In this document: positions 12,057 through 25,367 of the stretch, piece after piece
Layout: each line of letters begins with the position of its first letter
Position numbering within the stretch: the stretch's first letter is position 1
Source of the DNA: Paecilomyces variotii
Lineage: Eukaryota
Reading direction: 5' to 3' (one strand)
NCBI GenBank assembly: GCA_004022145.1
Contig: RCNU01000002.1
DNA: 64,000 bases
Notes under the pieces: model-generated
Told to the model about the DNA's origin: nothing
Seen by the model: the letters and a program-made list of their open reading frames with translations, nothing else
The model's database searches: none
Program-made: the position numbers and the translations under genes

Positions 12057-13057
12057 GCGTTTTCGGAGCAAACTATCGCATTGTCTGCTCTCAGTCATTA
12101 CTTGCTTTCCTTCGTATTATACCCTCTTCATCGCGTCAATTCACTACTACATTATTTCTATTTCTCGGAAAAGAATCAGCGTGTTCTCCTGTCATTGCCT
12201 ACAACTCCAGTCGAAGATCATCCATCTTCAGTTGCCATTATGTACAGTCCGATATGGTCGCAATCTATTGGGTGGCTGTCTGAACTTCTCACTTTGCCTT
12301 TTATTGCTTCATGATTTTTCATGACTGTGTCCAACTATACACACAACAGAGTCTTGTATCTTTTTTTGTCATTTACTTTTCGAACTATAGCGTCTTCCGC
12401 GAACGGTGACATCTGCGTCCTTTCATTTGTTGATATCTCTCGGGGGAAACAAAAAAGAGCATTTTGGGCATTTTGAAGTCGAAGCAAAGCATCGGCCTCC
12501 TTCGCTCGGATTTTCTGGTCTCTCTTTTCTTTCTCGCATTGATCTACTGCCATCTCAACGGCGTCTACTGTCCTTAGTCTATCTCCTATATCCCTTCTTC
12601 TTCCCCCCTTCTCTATATCTGTATATATACACCCACCACATCCAGGCTCACCTGCTGTGTTTCAAGGCATAGGTCACTCTCCTTCTGGTTAGATAGCTTA
12701 TTGGTCGATATTGGAGATTTCCAAAATAGATGGACATACCTCAAAGAGTATCTCGCCCCTTGAAAGTGACATTTCACGTAGATTATATCCCGTAGACTGA
12801 TGTAAAGGCTCCTCAAAACACTCATACAATTTGGATATCGCTTGATACATTTGATGGTGACAGGAATCGTTAAAAAAATCCATTTTTCTCAAAGAAAGAA
12901 AGTCCGAAAACTAAGAATGATAACAGGAGGTGATCGAAGCATGAAACGCCGTCAATAGGAAAACCCCTCTTACGCGTCTAGTGATGAGAGGAAAGGGGCA
13001 ACAGCCAACAAGTGAGACAGTGGGAGAAAGGAAGAGGGAAAAAAGTAATATCCCATC

Positions 13058-14364
13058 TCACTCCTCTTCTGCTTCTTCCACCCGTGCAGTAAGATTGCGT
13101 TTGGATTCCGCTCCCGACGTTGTAGCGGGTTCGGGATTCGAGTCTGTCGTTGTGGTAGTGGCGGCGGGGGCTGGGGCTGGGGATTCAGCTGCTGCTGCGG
13201 GTTGGGATCCTTTTTCGGTGGAGGCAGTTTTCTCGTTGCTCTTGGCTGCGGACTTCTTGGACTTCTTTTTCTTCTTCTGCATAGAAATGTAGTGGTTAGT
13301 TGATGAAGTAAACAGTGACGCCAAGGAAAGAGTATAACGTACCTCTTGCCAGCCCCAGAGAGGCTTAAAACTATCGATGAAGCCCACATCCTCGAACAGA
13401 TTGGGGAAGAGCCAGAGACCGGGCGGCACGACGAACACGGTGACGCAGAACAGAATCAGACGGAAAATCGACATGGCAAAGAACAGTCCCAGCAGACCCA
13501 TCATTCCCACACTCAGATACCACACGGCCTGTCGTAGCATTATCGGCCAGAGAGGGAACAAGACCACGGCAAAAATACCGACCACCACTGCTGCGGCCAT
13601 CGCCTTCTGCTTCCACTGCGGTCCTTCGTACAGCCAGACATAATGCATCATCGGATCCGTCTCCTGGTGTTGCTCAATCTTCACCGTCCACAAGCCCTTG
13701 ACTCTCTTCTGCTTTCCGTGGTTGTGGCCTGCGTGGGGATCGACCTTCGATACGCGTAGAGCGAGAAGGGAGAGCGGAAGAAGCTTGAATGTGTTTTCGG
13801 CCGACGCCCGGTCGGTCACTGGGGGGAGTAGAGAACCCTTCTTTGCAGCAGCTTTGGCGTATGCAGGAGATTCGATTGCTCGGATAGCTCGTTTCACTAG
13901 AGATAGGATCTATGAGTTATGGTTCGCAAAAGAAAGATGTTAGAAGCTGTACCTTTGAACATATCCTTCCTCTGGCCATCCAGGATACAGGTCCTGGGCT
14001 TGAGATCGCAAGATCGCAAGAAATTAGCAACGGCAATAGCTTTTGGGTCTGGCGGTTGGCCTGCATTCACGGGCACTTGATATTGCTGCTGCTGTGGTTG
14101 TGGCTGTTGTTGTTGCTGCTGCTGAGCTTGCGCCTGTTGCTGGGCCTGCGCCTGTCTCTGCTGGTGCTGCTGGATGGCCTGCATCCTCAGCTGGTTGACA
14201 TACTGCTCCGGGGTCAGACCCAGCTTTGCTGCCTCTGCGGCCAGCGCCTCGCGCTGCTGTTTGGCGAACTCTTCGGGCGTCATCCCTCGTTTTGCGGCCT
14301 CCGCGGCGAGTTGCTGCTTCATGGCAGCAATCTGCTGAGGGGTGGGTTGGCCTGGAGTGGCCAT
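13058..14364 (-). CDS. SEC62: Translocation protein Sec62; introns 13952-13897, 13342-13277
   Basis: LKPRTCILDGQRKDMFK|VKRAIRAIESP, YVWLYEG, two TM helices with LFPLWP, PGLWLFPNLFEDVGFIDSFKPLWGW, and a Lys-rich tail. Confidence 0.95.
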
Positions 14365-14704
14365 CTCGTTCGAAGGGAGGAAAAACGACGGTCAAAGGCG
14401 AAGACCAAAGGAAGAAAAAGGCGTAACGAGATCGAAGGGGGTCTTGTTGTCGGCGTTGGCGAGATGGAGTCAGCTTAAGTGGCCAGATGGATCAACTTTG
14501 GGGACGGAAGTGGAAACGGCCGACTGGAGCTAAACGGCTAAACTGCGCTGATCACGCAGGGAACGTCCCTCTCTCGCCTTATCGTGCTTTGTGATATCTA
14601 TAGACTCGATTCGTCTATGTGCTCTCTGTGAGAGCTGCACGTCCGTTTCGAGCAAGGATGCGATCGCCTTTAAGTGGTGGTCGAGCTGGTCTTGTGTAGC
14701 CGCC

Positions 14705-16727
14705 ATGCCTGACGATAATTTTGACCCGGATAGTCCGCTGCTGGGCTCGACGGAGAGGATTGTTCAACTGGTCAGGATTTATTTATACTTCACATTATTT
14801 CTTCTGAGGATACCCAGACAACTGACTCGTTTTTCTGCAGAGCGAACGAGATGTAGCTGCACAGATCCCGATCAACTTCGTCACGCACCCCACCGTATCC
14901 CTCGCGGCGGCGTGCTTCGGAAATGGAGTATACGAGGACCAGGCGGCCAAGGACTGCATTTCCAATCTCTTAGCCGTGGGATATCGTCGCCTCATCGTTG
15001 ATCTCTACTGGTCCACGGATCGCAGCCAATGGACATTCTGTCCGGTTGCTATTCCGCTCAACGTCGCGGGTGCTACCATGGTGTCTGCATCAACGATGGC
15101 TTCTGCGCCTGCAGCTACTCTGACGTCGGGTAATATGGATGGCAGTACGACTACCGCTTCATCGACAGCATCTACCACCTCAGCAGCTATACTTGAAGAT
15201 GTTTCCGAAACATCCGCATCTCAGGAGCGTCGTCGCGACCCAAGTGTGTCCACGACAGATGCCTACACCGCGCAGACCACCGTCTCGAGTACGACTGACT
15301 CCTCGGGGTCACGGCTTTACAAACTGGGACCGTATTCATGTACACAGACCCTGGGGTTACAGACCATGGTAGATCTATTTTACGAGTACTTCCGGGATAC
15401 GGAGAACACGCTTGACGCGTATCCTCTTTATGTCATATTCAACATCCATGCTCCCTCCGTTGCTGATGCGCCTGAGAGTCCTGCGCCTTCGATATCGGGT
15501 TCAAAACTTCCCGCTAGTTCGCAGCTGATCGGTTCAATCATGGATGATACTCTAGGGACATATGTGTATAGCCCACCCGAACTGTACCACGACAGGGCCG
15601 ATCTGAATCGCACTTGGTTTTCCGTCGTCATCGACGACCAGCCTATCACAGAGTATTTCACTTTGAGAAAGAATCGGGGTGGTTTCTATAGCAGCCCGGA
15701 TGGCTGGCCCTGTGAGAACTACTTGCAGGGCGTGAAGGCCAAACGACTGCTGCTTGGATGGGGATCGGTTGATCCTCAGATGCAAGGGTATAATTTCACT
15801 GGCGATGCCAGCCGTATTTTCCCTCAAAATTATCTCACATCCGGCATCCAGACCACTTCTACTGGAGACAGGCTGCAGTCGGGATGTCTCTATAACCCCA
15901 ATACGATCAGTGTGGCTCAGGTTAACTCTTCTTGGGCTGGCTCTAACCAGCTTACAGTTCCCAGTCTGGGAAACGAGCAGTTTTCTTTGGGAAATCTTAC
16001 CCTCCTCGTGCAAAACTTGACCGCCTGTGGAATATCCCCCACACTGAACACTACTCTATTCGATAAAACGGCCAATACTCAAGTTGATACATACAGAAAC
16101 GTGTCTCTCTCAACCACGTGGTCATGGGCCGTTGGCGAACCACGCAATGCCTCCTCTTCTGGCGGCGACGACGACGATAACAGCGGCACCTACGATCGAT
16201 GTGCAATCATGGACGTCACTCTTGCTGGCCATTGGCGTGCCGCTGATTGCGCTGCCGAGCGCTATGTTGCGTGTCGTGTTGGGAATGCCCCTTACAACTG
16301 GACATTAACGGACAACAAGGTCCCATATACCAGCGCTACTGACGCCTGTTCTGACCAAGACGCCAGTTTCTCCGTTCCTCGAACTGGCCTGGAGAACACA
16401 TACCTATATTACTACCTGATAACTCAGCGCAAAGACGCCATCAACCCTTCATCAGATGATGCCGATAAACGAGAAGTATGGCTGAACTTCAACTCCCTGG
16501 ACGTCAATTCCTGCTGGGTAACCGGCGGACCGAACGTCAGCTGTCCGTATACCGTCAATTCAAACGAGCTTGAAAGACGCACCGTTCTCGTTCCCACTAT
16601 CGCGGGTGTTGTCGTCCTGGTCATTACTGCATTGACTTTATTCGTCAAGTGTAATGCGAACAGGAGGAACTCGCGAAGAAAGAAGAGAGTGATTGAGGGT
16701 TGGGAATACGAAGGTGTTCCCTCGTGA
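14705..16727 (+). CDS. MTC6: Maintenance of telomere capping protein 6-like single-pass membrane protein; intron 14771-14840
   Basis: Spliced N-terminus ...SERDVAAQIPINFVTHP...ISNLLAVGYRRLIVDLYW, WSWAVGEP, a Cys-rich lectin-like region (FSVPRTGLEN, VWLNFNS..CWV), a C-terminal TM and WEYEGVPS. Confidence 0.8.
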
Positions 16728-17194
16728 TCTCATATCTTCTATACATACAGGTAAGGGAAAAAAAGAAGAAGAAAGAAAAAGATGTATTTTTTTTAAAATG
16801 GATGGGGCTATCTGATTGGTTCCGGGCGGTTGATCGGTCATTTGCATAGGATGGGATGGGATGGGGTTGGATTGCATGATACCATTTTCATATATATATG
16901 ATCTGTATATAGAGTATACGTGGGGCGGGGTGTTTTAGGCTGACTTTCTCTTTATTTCCGCGCATGCGTGCATGCATATGTTGGAATATGACGACATAAA
17001 TGATTATAATCATGACTGTATATGCCTCAGGACTAGTGAACCGATCTATTAGATATCGGAACCTTAGGGGATTTTCCGGTAAATTTAACCAGCTTGGTCA
17101 TCTGATTTCTTTCAGGGGAGATGTTACAATGTGTTGTATGTACATGACGACATATATAGTACAGTTCTATATCATTTCTTTCGTCCAGTCCAGC

Positions 17195-18967
17195 TTAGTT
17201 CAGGACTTCCAACATCTCTTCGACACGACCAAACTTCTCTCGGAGTTTCCCCTTTTGCTTCCCGCGCTCTTTCTCCACGGCATCGATCCGCTGCCAATCT
17301 TTCCAGTTAGTCGGACGGAGACCTTTCTTCTCGGCCTCAGGACGGACTCCCTCCCAGCCGAGACCGGTGCTGCCTCCCGATTCGGAGTTGAGGAGAGAAA
17401 GACTCCTTTCGGTGTTCGTTTTTTGAGCCTCGTAGTCTGCAGCGATAGTATCTGCTGTCGTGAAGGCGTCGGTCATGGTCGTAGCGATGACGCCGTTAGG
17501 GCCACGCTTCACCCACCCGGCACAGTAGAGGCCTGGAACGTGAGGGATGACGGCGCCAACTCGTGTTTCTATCTCTTCTGACTGTTTAGTTGGACTGGTG
17601 ACTCTTCCCAGTCCGTCGTTGGGGATGACTCCTCGGCGGTCATCAAATTGGATGCCTAGCTCCTGGAACCCGGGTAGGGGCAGGGACTTGTAGCCGACAC
17701 TGCGGAAGAAGATGTTCGCAGGGATATTCACTTCTGCGGGCTTGCCGCTGGATAGGAGCTTCCGCGTTACTTTTGACGTCGGGCTATATGGGTCCGCCGG
17801 GTCGAGTTCGTTGCGGGTGAATTTGGCATGCGAGAGACGGTAAGGGTGGACGGGGGACCAGTGTAGGGAGTGCGGCGATAGAAGGAAATCAAGAGCCCAT
17901 GACTTGCTTGCTTCCTGCTCATTAGTTGAGGAGCCTTTGGCAAGTAGCTGTATCAATCGCTTTTGAGCACGAGGAAGCGAAGCGATAACCGATTCTGGAG
18001 GTAAGATGTCCTTCGGGACAGGATCGAAAGAGACTGATGGAAGCTGGAAAAGCTCCCGCAGTTCCTTGATGGTGAAGGAAGCCTATGCATGTTCAGTTAT
18101 TTGGATGTCTAGTCAATCTGAACAACTCAACGCACCTGCAATGGACCGCGACGACCGACGACGCGCACCCGCTTCACTTTACTTTTGGCCAGTTCCTCCA
18201 GAGCATACTCGGAGATATCCGTCTTCCGGAGCACATCGACATCCGTCAACAGGATTCTAGCAACGTCCAGAGCAACGTTTCCTTGACCAACGATCACCGC
18301 ATTTTCACCCATGCTGAGATCTGGCGCCAGATCGCGGTACTCCGGTAGGCCGTTATACCATCCTACGAACGCGCGGGCTGAATATACATTTCGACAGGCC
18401 TTCTCTCCGGGAATCCCAAGCTCTTTATCTTCCGAGGCACCGTACGTGAACAGCATTGCATCGTAATGCGGCTTGAGAGACTGTAAAGGTAGATCGGAGC
18501 CGAGTTCGACGTTGCCGATGAAGTTGAAACGAGGCGAGGATGCGACTTCAGTAAACTTTTCTTCGCAGTTCTATAATAGTAAAGTTAGACATTTCGATGC
18601 TCTAATAAAAAAAAAAGAAAAATAAAGCTTAATGAAATATCTCTCCCATGTCAGTGCATACCTTCACTTCAGGGTGATCGGGGGCCACTCCATATCTGAC
18701 CAGGCCAAACGGCACCGGATACTTCTCATACATGTCCACCACCGCATCTTCTACCTTGTTCAAGAGCCTATAAGCTGCATAGAATCCTGCTGGACCAGAC
18801 CCAATGACCGCTACACGGAATGGACGGTCACTACGCACTGTACTGCTGTTGTACCGGCGTTGAGCAAAGAGCGCAGTCGAACGGTGACGCAAAGGGCTCC
18901 CATTGACCCCTCCACGGAGATGCGCCGTGCACTGTGCGCAGATATAGGGTGCACGACGGGCTTTCAT
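17195..18967 (-). CDS. ARH1: Mitochondrial NADPH:adrenodoxin oxidoreductase; introns 18661-18571, 18135-18083
   Basis: [64 protein letters not shown], and an Arg-rich presequence. Confidence 0.95.
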
Positions 18968-19572
18968 GGTGTATGAAATGTCAATGAGGATGAGGATGAC
19001 TGGCAATGGTCAAAGCAATGTTAAGCATGAATCATGACGCGGAGAAGCTGAGGATCTTTAGTTCGGTCATTTCGGCCTCGGACATAGCTTAGTCAGCATG
19101 TAGTTATCCCTGCGTAAGTAACGAACGATATACAGAGAATGATAGATATCGCTACATATACTAATATAGATTTCTTACAGAGTAAAATAGAACAAATACA
19201 ATCTTCTCCTAATAATAATGGAAGGATACTAGTTCTCCAAGTCAGTGTCCAAGACTTCACGTTTTCCTGTTTGAGACAGTATATCCCACGTGACCTTATC
19301 GCCAGTTGCCCTGCCAACTATCAATGTTGACGGTTCTTCAGCCCTACAGGCGATGATGGCCATGGCTGTATTGACTGACGGGCCCTCCATGGACTAAGGC
19401 TCTTAGTTCTGTTATGTAGACGTCCGTGTCCTGGTCTGCCTCCATTCTGTCTTCCATTCCTATCTCCACCGCCACATTCCAGTCCACGACGTCGTTCCGT
19501 GTTCCATTCCTTTTACCCCAGACATCCTCGCGTGGTCGACAGTGTCCAGTCCATTCTCGCGGCGCGGCCATC

Positions 19573-21852
19573 ATGGGAGGATCGTCGCCGCCGTTTCTTT
19601 ATGATCCTCCCTGGCGGTATACCTATGATGAGCCAACCGGTAAAGTGTTCAATCCCAAGGCAGTGACGCAAGCGAGCTGGACTCCGCGTCAATCGCCGCC
19701 GAAGAGGGAGGCGCCGCTGGTGAATTTCTATAAACATCCGGATTCCGTGAGTAATCCAAACGATTGTAGATTGGTGGGAATGGAGTCCTGATTAGATGAT
19801 GTGCACCAGTATGCCCAGTTCCCATATGGCAAGACCAATGTGAAGTCCATGAGCCCCAAGACGAAGAACCGAATTGTCCATGGCCGGTACGTTCTACTGT
19901 TTCTGCGAGTATGTGCCCTCCTCGGTGCTCTGGGGGCGCTCGTCTGCGTGATATGCATCAAGGGCATGGAGATCTCGGCAGCATGGATTACCAGAGTGGC
20001 AGTAAGTGCGCATCTCTTGAGGAATGCAGGACGGAGGATACTGATGCTTCCATAGCCTGCTGTAGCGATCCTCCACTCCGTATATGGAGTATATCATCTG
20101 AGTCGAGCTGCAACTGGACGGACACCTGCATCATCGGCGAGTTACATGTTTTTTGCCTCGTCTGTTGACGCAGGGTTGATCCCCTTTTACATATTTACAG
20201 CCTTCCTTGCTCACGGCCAGTACACCGAGGATTTTTACCATTGGGACACTTTATTCCAGAGCCCGGGAGCCACGTATCAAGTCGCCAATGCCACCTTCCT
20301 GGTTACAGTCGTGGACAGTGGTATTCACGCAGTGTGCTTTACGCTGTCCATCTTTCTAGCCGTCCTCTTCCGAGAGATCACGAAGCTACCACCGGATATG
20401 AACCCACTTGAAGATAATCTGACAGCCCGTTCTCATAAGCGCAATAAATCCGAGATTGCTGAAAAACACCTCAGCCAGAGTACCATCGACTTGAGCACAA
20501 ACCGAATGTCTGCAGCAGAAGACCCATTGATTGCCCCTCCACGTCAAGTCCCCTTTATGCACACTCGGGGCGACTCGTCCAGCAGAATTTCAGACTGTGC
20601 ACCCGACTTCAATGAAGAGAGAACCGTGACCACCTCAGATCAATCGCAGCGCCTCTCACGCGCCGACCTCCCCAGTGAACAGATGCGCCTCTACAAGCAG
20701 GCGAACAGATCAAGCACATCCCTAGCCCGGTCTGTTGCGCGCAAGACCCGCGAGTCGCCTTCCCGACCAACATCGTCATCAATGCATGAAGCGCCTGTGA
20801 TAGAACCCTCAGCAGCAGTCCACGAGGATACCAGGAAATGGAGCCCCTCGTCATCTCTCCTCAAGGATAACTGGTTCGTCTATCCATCTTCATCGCCGCC
20901 CCCTGCCGAAGACCAAGAAAACGAGAATATGGCACGCCGTGAGACCTCGTCTGTCTATAGCCGAGCCCCTAGCACTGCTACAACAGCCTACAGCGGCATG
21001 AAAGACTGGCTCTCTTCAGCACAGAGGTACAGTCAGGAGTATTCCAATATAATCGCGGAAGATCCCCACGGAGAATATACTTCCCTGAACAACCACGAAC
21101 AGTACGGCAATGAAGATGCATATGACCTGCCAAGCGTGACGATCTATAACGATGCCGAACAAGATCTGGGTGAACGTAAACTCAGTATCAGCACCTTTGA
21201 TGATGACGCAGCTTCTCGACTAAACCCTCTGGGCATGAATCCGCCAACTCCTCAACCACCGCCACATGCAGATGGCTTACGCCGTATTGTCCTCACTGAC
21301 ATTCCGAATCCTTCTGTGCGCAACGGAGATCCTGAACCACCGATCAAGAGCCCCGACAGTGAAAACCGGTTCTATGGAAATCTCGGACCAGGTTTCTCCA
21401 CGGAGCGCAAGGTCAGTGATATCGACCAGGCCTCTCGCAGCCAGAGCAAGAAGAAGTTCGGCAGCAAGAAGCTCTCTCGACGCCAGAGCAGAAAGTCAGT
21501 TGCATATGAGTCGGTAAAGGCCGATGAGGATGACAGCGACGGTCCCGAGAAGTTGACCATGAACAAACGCGGATCGAAGAACGATGAGTCTGACCGCAAG
21601 GGCCGTGTTATCAGTAACTCTGGCATCGACATTGGTGCTGGCTTCCAACTGGGGTCTGGCTCTCCGTCGTCATATGGAAACTACATTGCCGGCCTCGGAG
21701 TCGGCAGAAGACGAGATGTCAGCGGGAAGATCGCAGAGGAAGGCAGAGGTGGTGCTAGCCACAGCGACTTCGAAAAGACTCCTGAAAAACCCGCAAATGG
21801 TCTTCCAGGCGGCGTTCGCGCCGCTGGATGGGCGCGTTTTGCTGGTCTGTAG
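19573..21852 (+). CDS. Fungal hypothetical membrane protein (about 4 N-terminal TM helices, long disordered tail); introns 19747-19809, 20002-20055
   Basis: Three ORFs join in frame via GT-AG introns (..KHPDS|YAQFP..RVA|PAVAILH..). Hydrophobic segments are followed by LPPDMNPLEDNLTAR and a terminal AAGWARFAGL. Confidence 0.8.
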
Positions 21853-22253
21853 GGTGATCTCTTGGCTTTATTCTCCTCTCTTTGTTTGTACGATTTGGGG
21901 GATCTAGTGTCTGGAGAATCTTCAACGATCTTTTTGACGATGAAAAAGAAAAATGATGGAATGATGGAACGTTTTTTTTATCAGCTATGTGTGATGTTAG
22001 TTTACGTTAGGTAGTTCATGGCTTATGTATCTTCTTCTCTGCAATGTGAATAGTCTCGTGAAGACTTCAGATATCAGGTGTCATCTGAGCAATATGCTGT
22101 CCATGGAACGTTTAATCCAGTATCAGTTCATTAGGAATCGTATGAAAAGTACAAGAGAAGGGGTTGTCTTCATTCCATCTAATGCCATGCCCATTCTAAT
22201 ACAAAAAGCGCTAAAGGTAGCAGGCTCGATCACAGAAACTTCTAGGAGATAGA

Positions 22254-24434
22254 CTAATGACCCGAGGGAGGAAATGGCAGTGCTGTATGCCCTCCCTTTC
22301 CTACATCGTCTCCTTCCTCGTTATCATATAGTTCTATCCGATGCATCTTGTGATGCATATAATGCTGCTCTGTGCGTTCCTCGACCTGACTTTCCAGCCT
22401 GGCGGTTTCTTCAGCAGTGATAGCGGTCTGCTTTTCATCTCCTTCGGCTTTAGCGCGCTGTTCGTTATGAGCGCGTGCGCGCTCTTCTTCTGCGTCACGA
22501 GCCTTCAGGGCGATTTCTTCCTTCTCGACTTCTGCTGCGTCGATCTCGTCGAAGCCGATCGTTGAGAGAATCTTGCCGATGAGGTATTGGTAGCGTAGAT
22601 GGCCGCTGACGATGTCGCTGACATTGACATTCTCGACTCCTGGTAGGCCTTGGACGCGCTGGAGACCGGCGACACCAAGTTGGATGCTGGCACCGCGGTA
22701 CAGGAACCCTAGAACGGCATCCTTTTCGGAAAAGACGTTTACAAGTCGCCCACTAACTGCGGTTCGCATTCGTCGCCATTGTCGTGTATCAGATGGAACG
22801 GGCGAGCCCATCAGGATAGCACTCTCGACTAAGCCGTAGGCGTGTCTCTTGGCCAGACTTTGGAGACAGCTGTAGATCACTCTGGAGCCTAGCGAATAAC
22901 CGATAAGCGTGACGGGACGTTCACCCTGAGCTTTGTTAATCAGAGCGTCAGCGAGGACTTCTCCGGCTTTATCTGCCCGAGATTTGGCCACGCTGAAAGG
23001 ATTGTCGACCACACTGGCGATCTTCAGAAGACCGACAGGTAGCATAACGGCACTCATAATGCCGGCGAATACAGTCCGAGATAGGATCTCTTTGCCTGCA
23101 AACGACCATGCCGCACTGGTCACGAAGGCTGAGATCGCATTTCCAAGCTTCAGGAGGCTCTTAAGCTCCCAGCGGAGAGCAAAGGTTTCCGAGTCTTTGC
23201 CAATCACCCGCCACGGGATGACAATGTCATCTTCTTCATGGGCCCAGCCACTGACGCCAATGGTGACTCGGAGACGACGATCCTCTTTAGCAGCTTCACT
23301 TTCTCGCAGGAAGCGTTTCCGGGTGCCCCGAGTCGGGATGAACGCAAAATCCTCAACCTCGCGAGCATAATTATCCATCATCTTCCCAGTCATCCGACCA
23401 CCATAGGCACCGAAAAGACCGCCAACAATGACACTGCTCCCAGCCAGGGCACCCAAATAGCCCGCTGCTGCCGTAGCGCCCAGTCCCAAACCACCCATAA
23501 CTGTACCAATGCCTGCAGCAACCAGCGGCGCAGCCAGACCTCCAGTGAGACCGATAAGAGCCGCACCCGCGACTGACGCAATCCCAACCTTCCACTTTCT
23601 GGCGTTGCTGCTCTTCTCTGCTCTTTGCTTCGCTTCTTCAGTCGCCTCCATTTCCTTGGCTGCGGTGAGCAACCCTCGGGAGACTTTGATCTCGTCCTCG
23701 TTGAGAACTTGCAGGGATAGACCTAGGCTAGAAGCGACATTTAACAAAAGAACGCGTGAATAAGCGCTGTAGTGTTTGAGACTTAGCAACAGCAGGAGAA
23801 GGGAATGGAGGATTAACAATCTTGCTGGTTCTGGAAGTTCGGCAAGTTCGGTCTCCGTGGGCGGGAAGAGCTCTCGCAATCTAGCAGACCTGGTTTCCTT
23901 TGTACTGATGGAGCTTTGCTGCGACACCGGTCTGGCATCGGAGGCTTTCCGCTCCCGCCCGTCGGTCTCATTGTCTTTATTGACAACCTCACCGATTCGG
24001 AGGAGAACGGAATCTCTCCAGTCATCAAAGTGTCGAAGGGTCTCTGCTTCGGCCTTGATGTCTTCGGCAGTGATCGCAGATGGTGCAGACGGCGCAGATT
24101 GTGCGGACTGTGCGACGGGTTTCCTCCGGATGGATTGTTTTGGGCCAGGAGAAGCCTGCTGTTCTGGATCAGGAGCAGGTTCCTCCTGGCTATTGGCTCG
24201 GTCCTTCAAGACCTTTTCGCTCTCTGATGCATGTTTGAACGGCGCTGCAGCATGAAAATTATCCACAATAGCCTTACGCATCGACAGCATGATCTGAGCG
24301 ACCAGAACAGTCAGCTCCCCGCGCTGATGCCGATCTAGAATCGTAGACAGGTCTTCGCCCCCGCTCCTCTCATCGGGAGCATTATCTTGTGCAGAGAATG
24401 AGCCACCAACATACTGGCGGAGTCGAGCTGCCAT
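22254..24434 (-). CDS. DUF726 / TMCO4 (Mil1-like) alpha/beta-hydrolase-fold membrane protein
   Basis: Gly/Ala-rich hydrophobic stretch (GAALIGLTGGLAAPLVAAG), ALRWE, QGERPVTLIGYSLGSRVI (GxSxG), VSGRLVNVFS, GHLRY. Confidence 0.9.
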   Translation of the reverse strand: MAARLRQYVGGSFSAQDNAPDERSGGEDLSTILDRHQRGELTVLVAQIMLSMRKAIVDNFHAAAPFKHASESEKVLKDRANSQEEPAPDPEQQASPGPKQSIRRKPVAQSAQSAPSAPSAITAEDIKAEAETLRHFDDWRDSVLLRIGEVVNKDNETDGRERKASDARPVSQQSSISTKETRSARLRELFPPTETELAELPEPARLLILHSLLLLLLSLKHYSAYSRVLLLNVASSLGLSLQVLNEDEIKVSRGLLTAAKEMEATEEAKQRAEKSSNARKWKVGIASVAGAALIGLTGGLAAPLVAAGIGTVMGGLGLGATAAAGYLGALAGSSVIVGGLFGAYGGRMTGKMMDNYAREVEDFAFIPTRGTRKRFLRESEAAKEDRRLRVTIGVSGWAHEEDDIVIPWRVIGKDSETFALRWELKSLLKLGNAISAFVTSAAWSFAGKEILSRTVFAGIMSAVMLPVGLLKIASVVDNPFSVAKSRADKAGEVLADALINKAQGERPVTLIGYSLGSRVIYSCLQSLAKRHAYGLVESAILMGSPVPSDTRQWRRMRTAVSGRLVNVFSEKDAVLGFLYRGASIQLGVAGLQRVQGLPGVENVNVSDIVSGHLRYQYLIGKILSTIGFDEIDAAEVEKEEIALKARDAEEERARAHNEQRAKAEGDEKQTAITAEETARLESQVEERTEQHYMHHKMHRIELYDNEEGDDVGKGGHTALPFPPSGH

Positions 24435-24692
24435 TGGGACATCAGACGCTCAAATCCTTTGCAGGTGGAGCGACTCTGATCGTTGGGGCTGTTGGGGGAT
24501 TTTATATCAGAAGGCGGTTGTCACATGACATCATATAGGATGACTCAGCATCGTGAAGATGTGCGAAACATTGATTCAACCTGACAGCGAAAAGACAGAC
24601 GGTCTGAAACATTGGCTGGTGGTGTGGCCAGCTAGGCTCTTGTCTATCTAGCAGCAATTCTGCGGTGGCCCGAGGAGCTGTCCGTGCTCCCT

Positions 24693-25367
24693 TCAGCGGC
24701 TCGTCTCGACCACGAAGTATCGGCCCATTGTCTTCGAAGCACATCCAAGCGCATTATTGTCCCACGTATCGCCATCGGGCTTGGTGTTTTTCTCAGCAGG
24801 TGCCCGTTCGATCTTCCTGCTGCGTCCTACGACTCTCTCTCTGGCCATGGTATCCTTCAGAGCGTCTAGGCCAATTGTATTCTCCTTCGTAGCCTCAGGC
24901 GTCTCGTCGCGAATGCTCCGTAGAGGCTCGACGCCAGTCGTATCAACGCGCTGGATTTCCTTCACGAAATGTATTTGAGACTCGAGTGTCTCTAGCATTT
25001 TCTTTTCTTCTGCCTCGCTGCTGGGCTGCGGAAGCGCAGACAGACGGAGAAGATGGCGCAGCTCTTTTGGTGTGAGCGCTGGGGTCTGCGATTTACTCGA
25101 ATCGTCTGGCAGTAACGATCGAACGGACCAGCTTGGTCTCGAAAGAATAGATTCAATATCTGTCACCTTCTCATCGGGACCTGAGGAGTAAAAGCGTGAC
25201 GATAGAAGCTGAAAGCGCGCCGGTCGAACGCGTATTGATGGCAGTAGCCGGTAGCTAGTGCGTAATGAAGCCATTGAGGGTTCTGGAAGAAAATTAAGGT
25301 CCGCTGTTCTATTTGTAGTGCGTAGCCGTATCGGTATCTGAGATCGGATGAAACGAATTGAGCTCAT
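24693..25367 (-). CDS. Mitochondrial glutamyl-tRNA(Gln) amidotransferase subunit C/F-like (GatC/Gtf1); second in-frame ATG at 25274
   Basis: PSWSVRSLLP, LRHLLRLSALP, LESQIHFVKEIQRVDTTGVEPLRSIRDE and GRYFVV match the GatC/GatF pattern. Arg/Ser-rich N-terminus. Confidence 0.75.
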   Translation of the reverse strand: MSSIRFIRSQIPIRLRTTNRTADLNFLPEPSMASLRTSYRLLPSIRVRPARFQLLSSRFYSSGPDEKVTDIESILSRPSWSVRSLLPDDSSKSQTPALTPKELRHLLRLSALPQPSSEAEEKKMLETLESQIHFVKEIQRVDTTGVEPLRSIRDETPEATKENTIGLDALKDTMARERVVGRSRKIERAPAEKNTKPDGDTWDNNALGCASKTMGRYFVVETSR

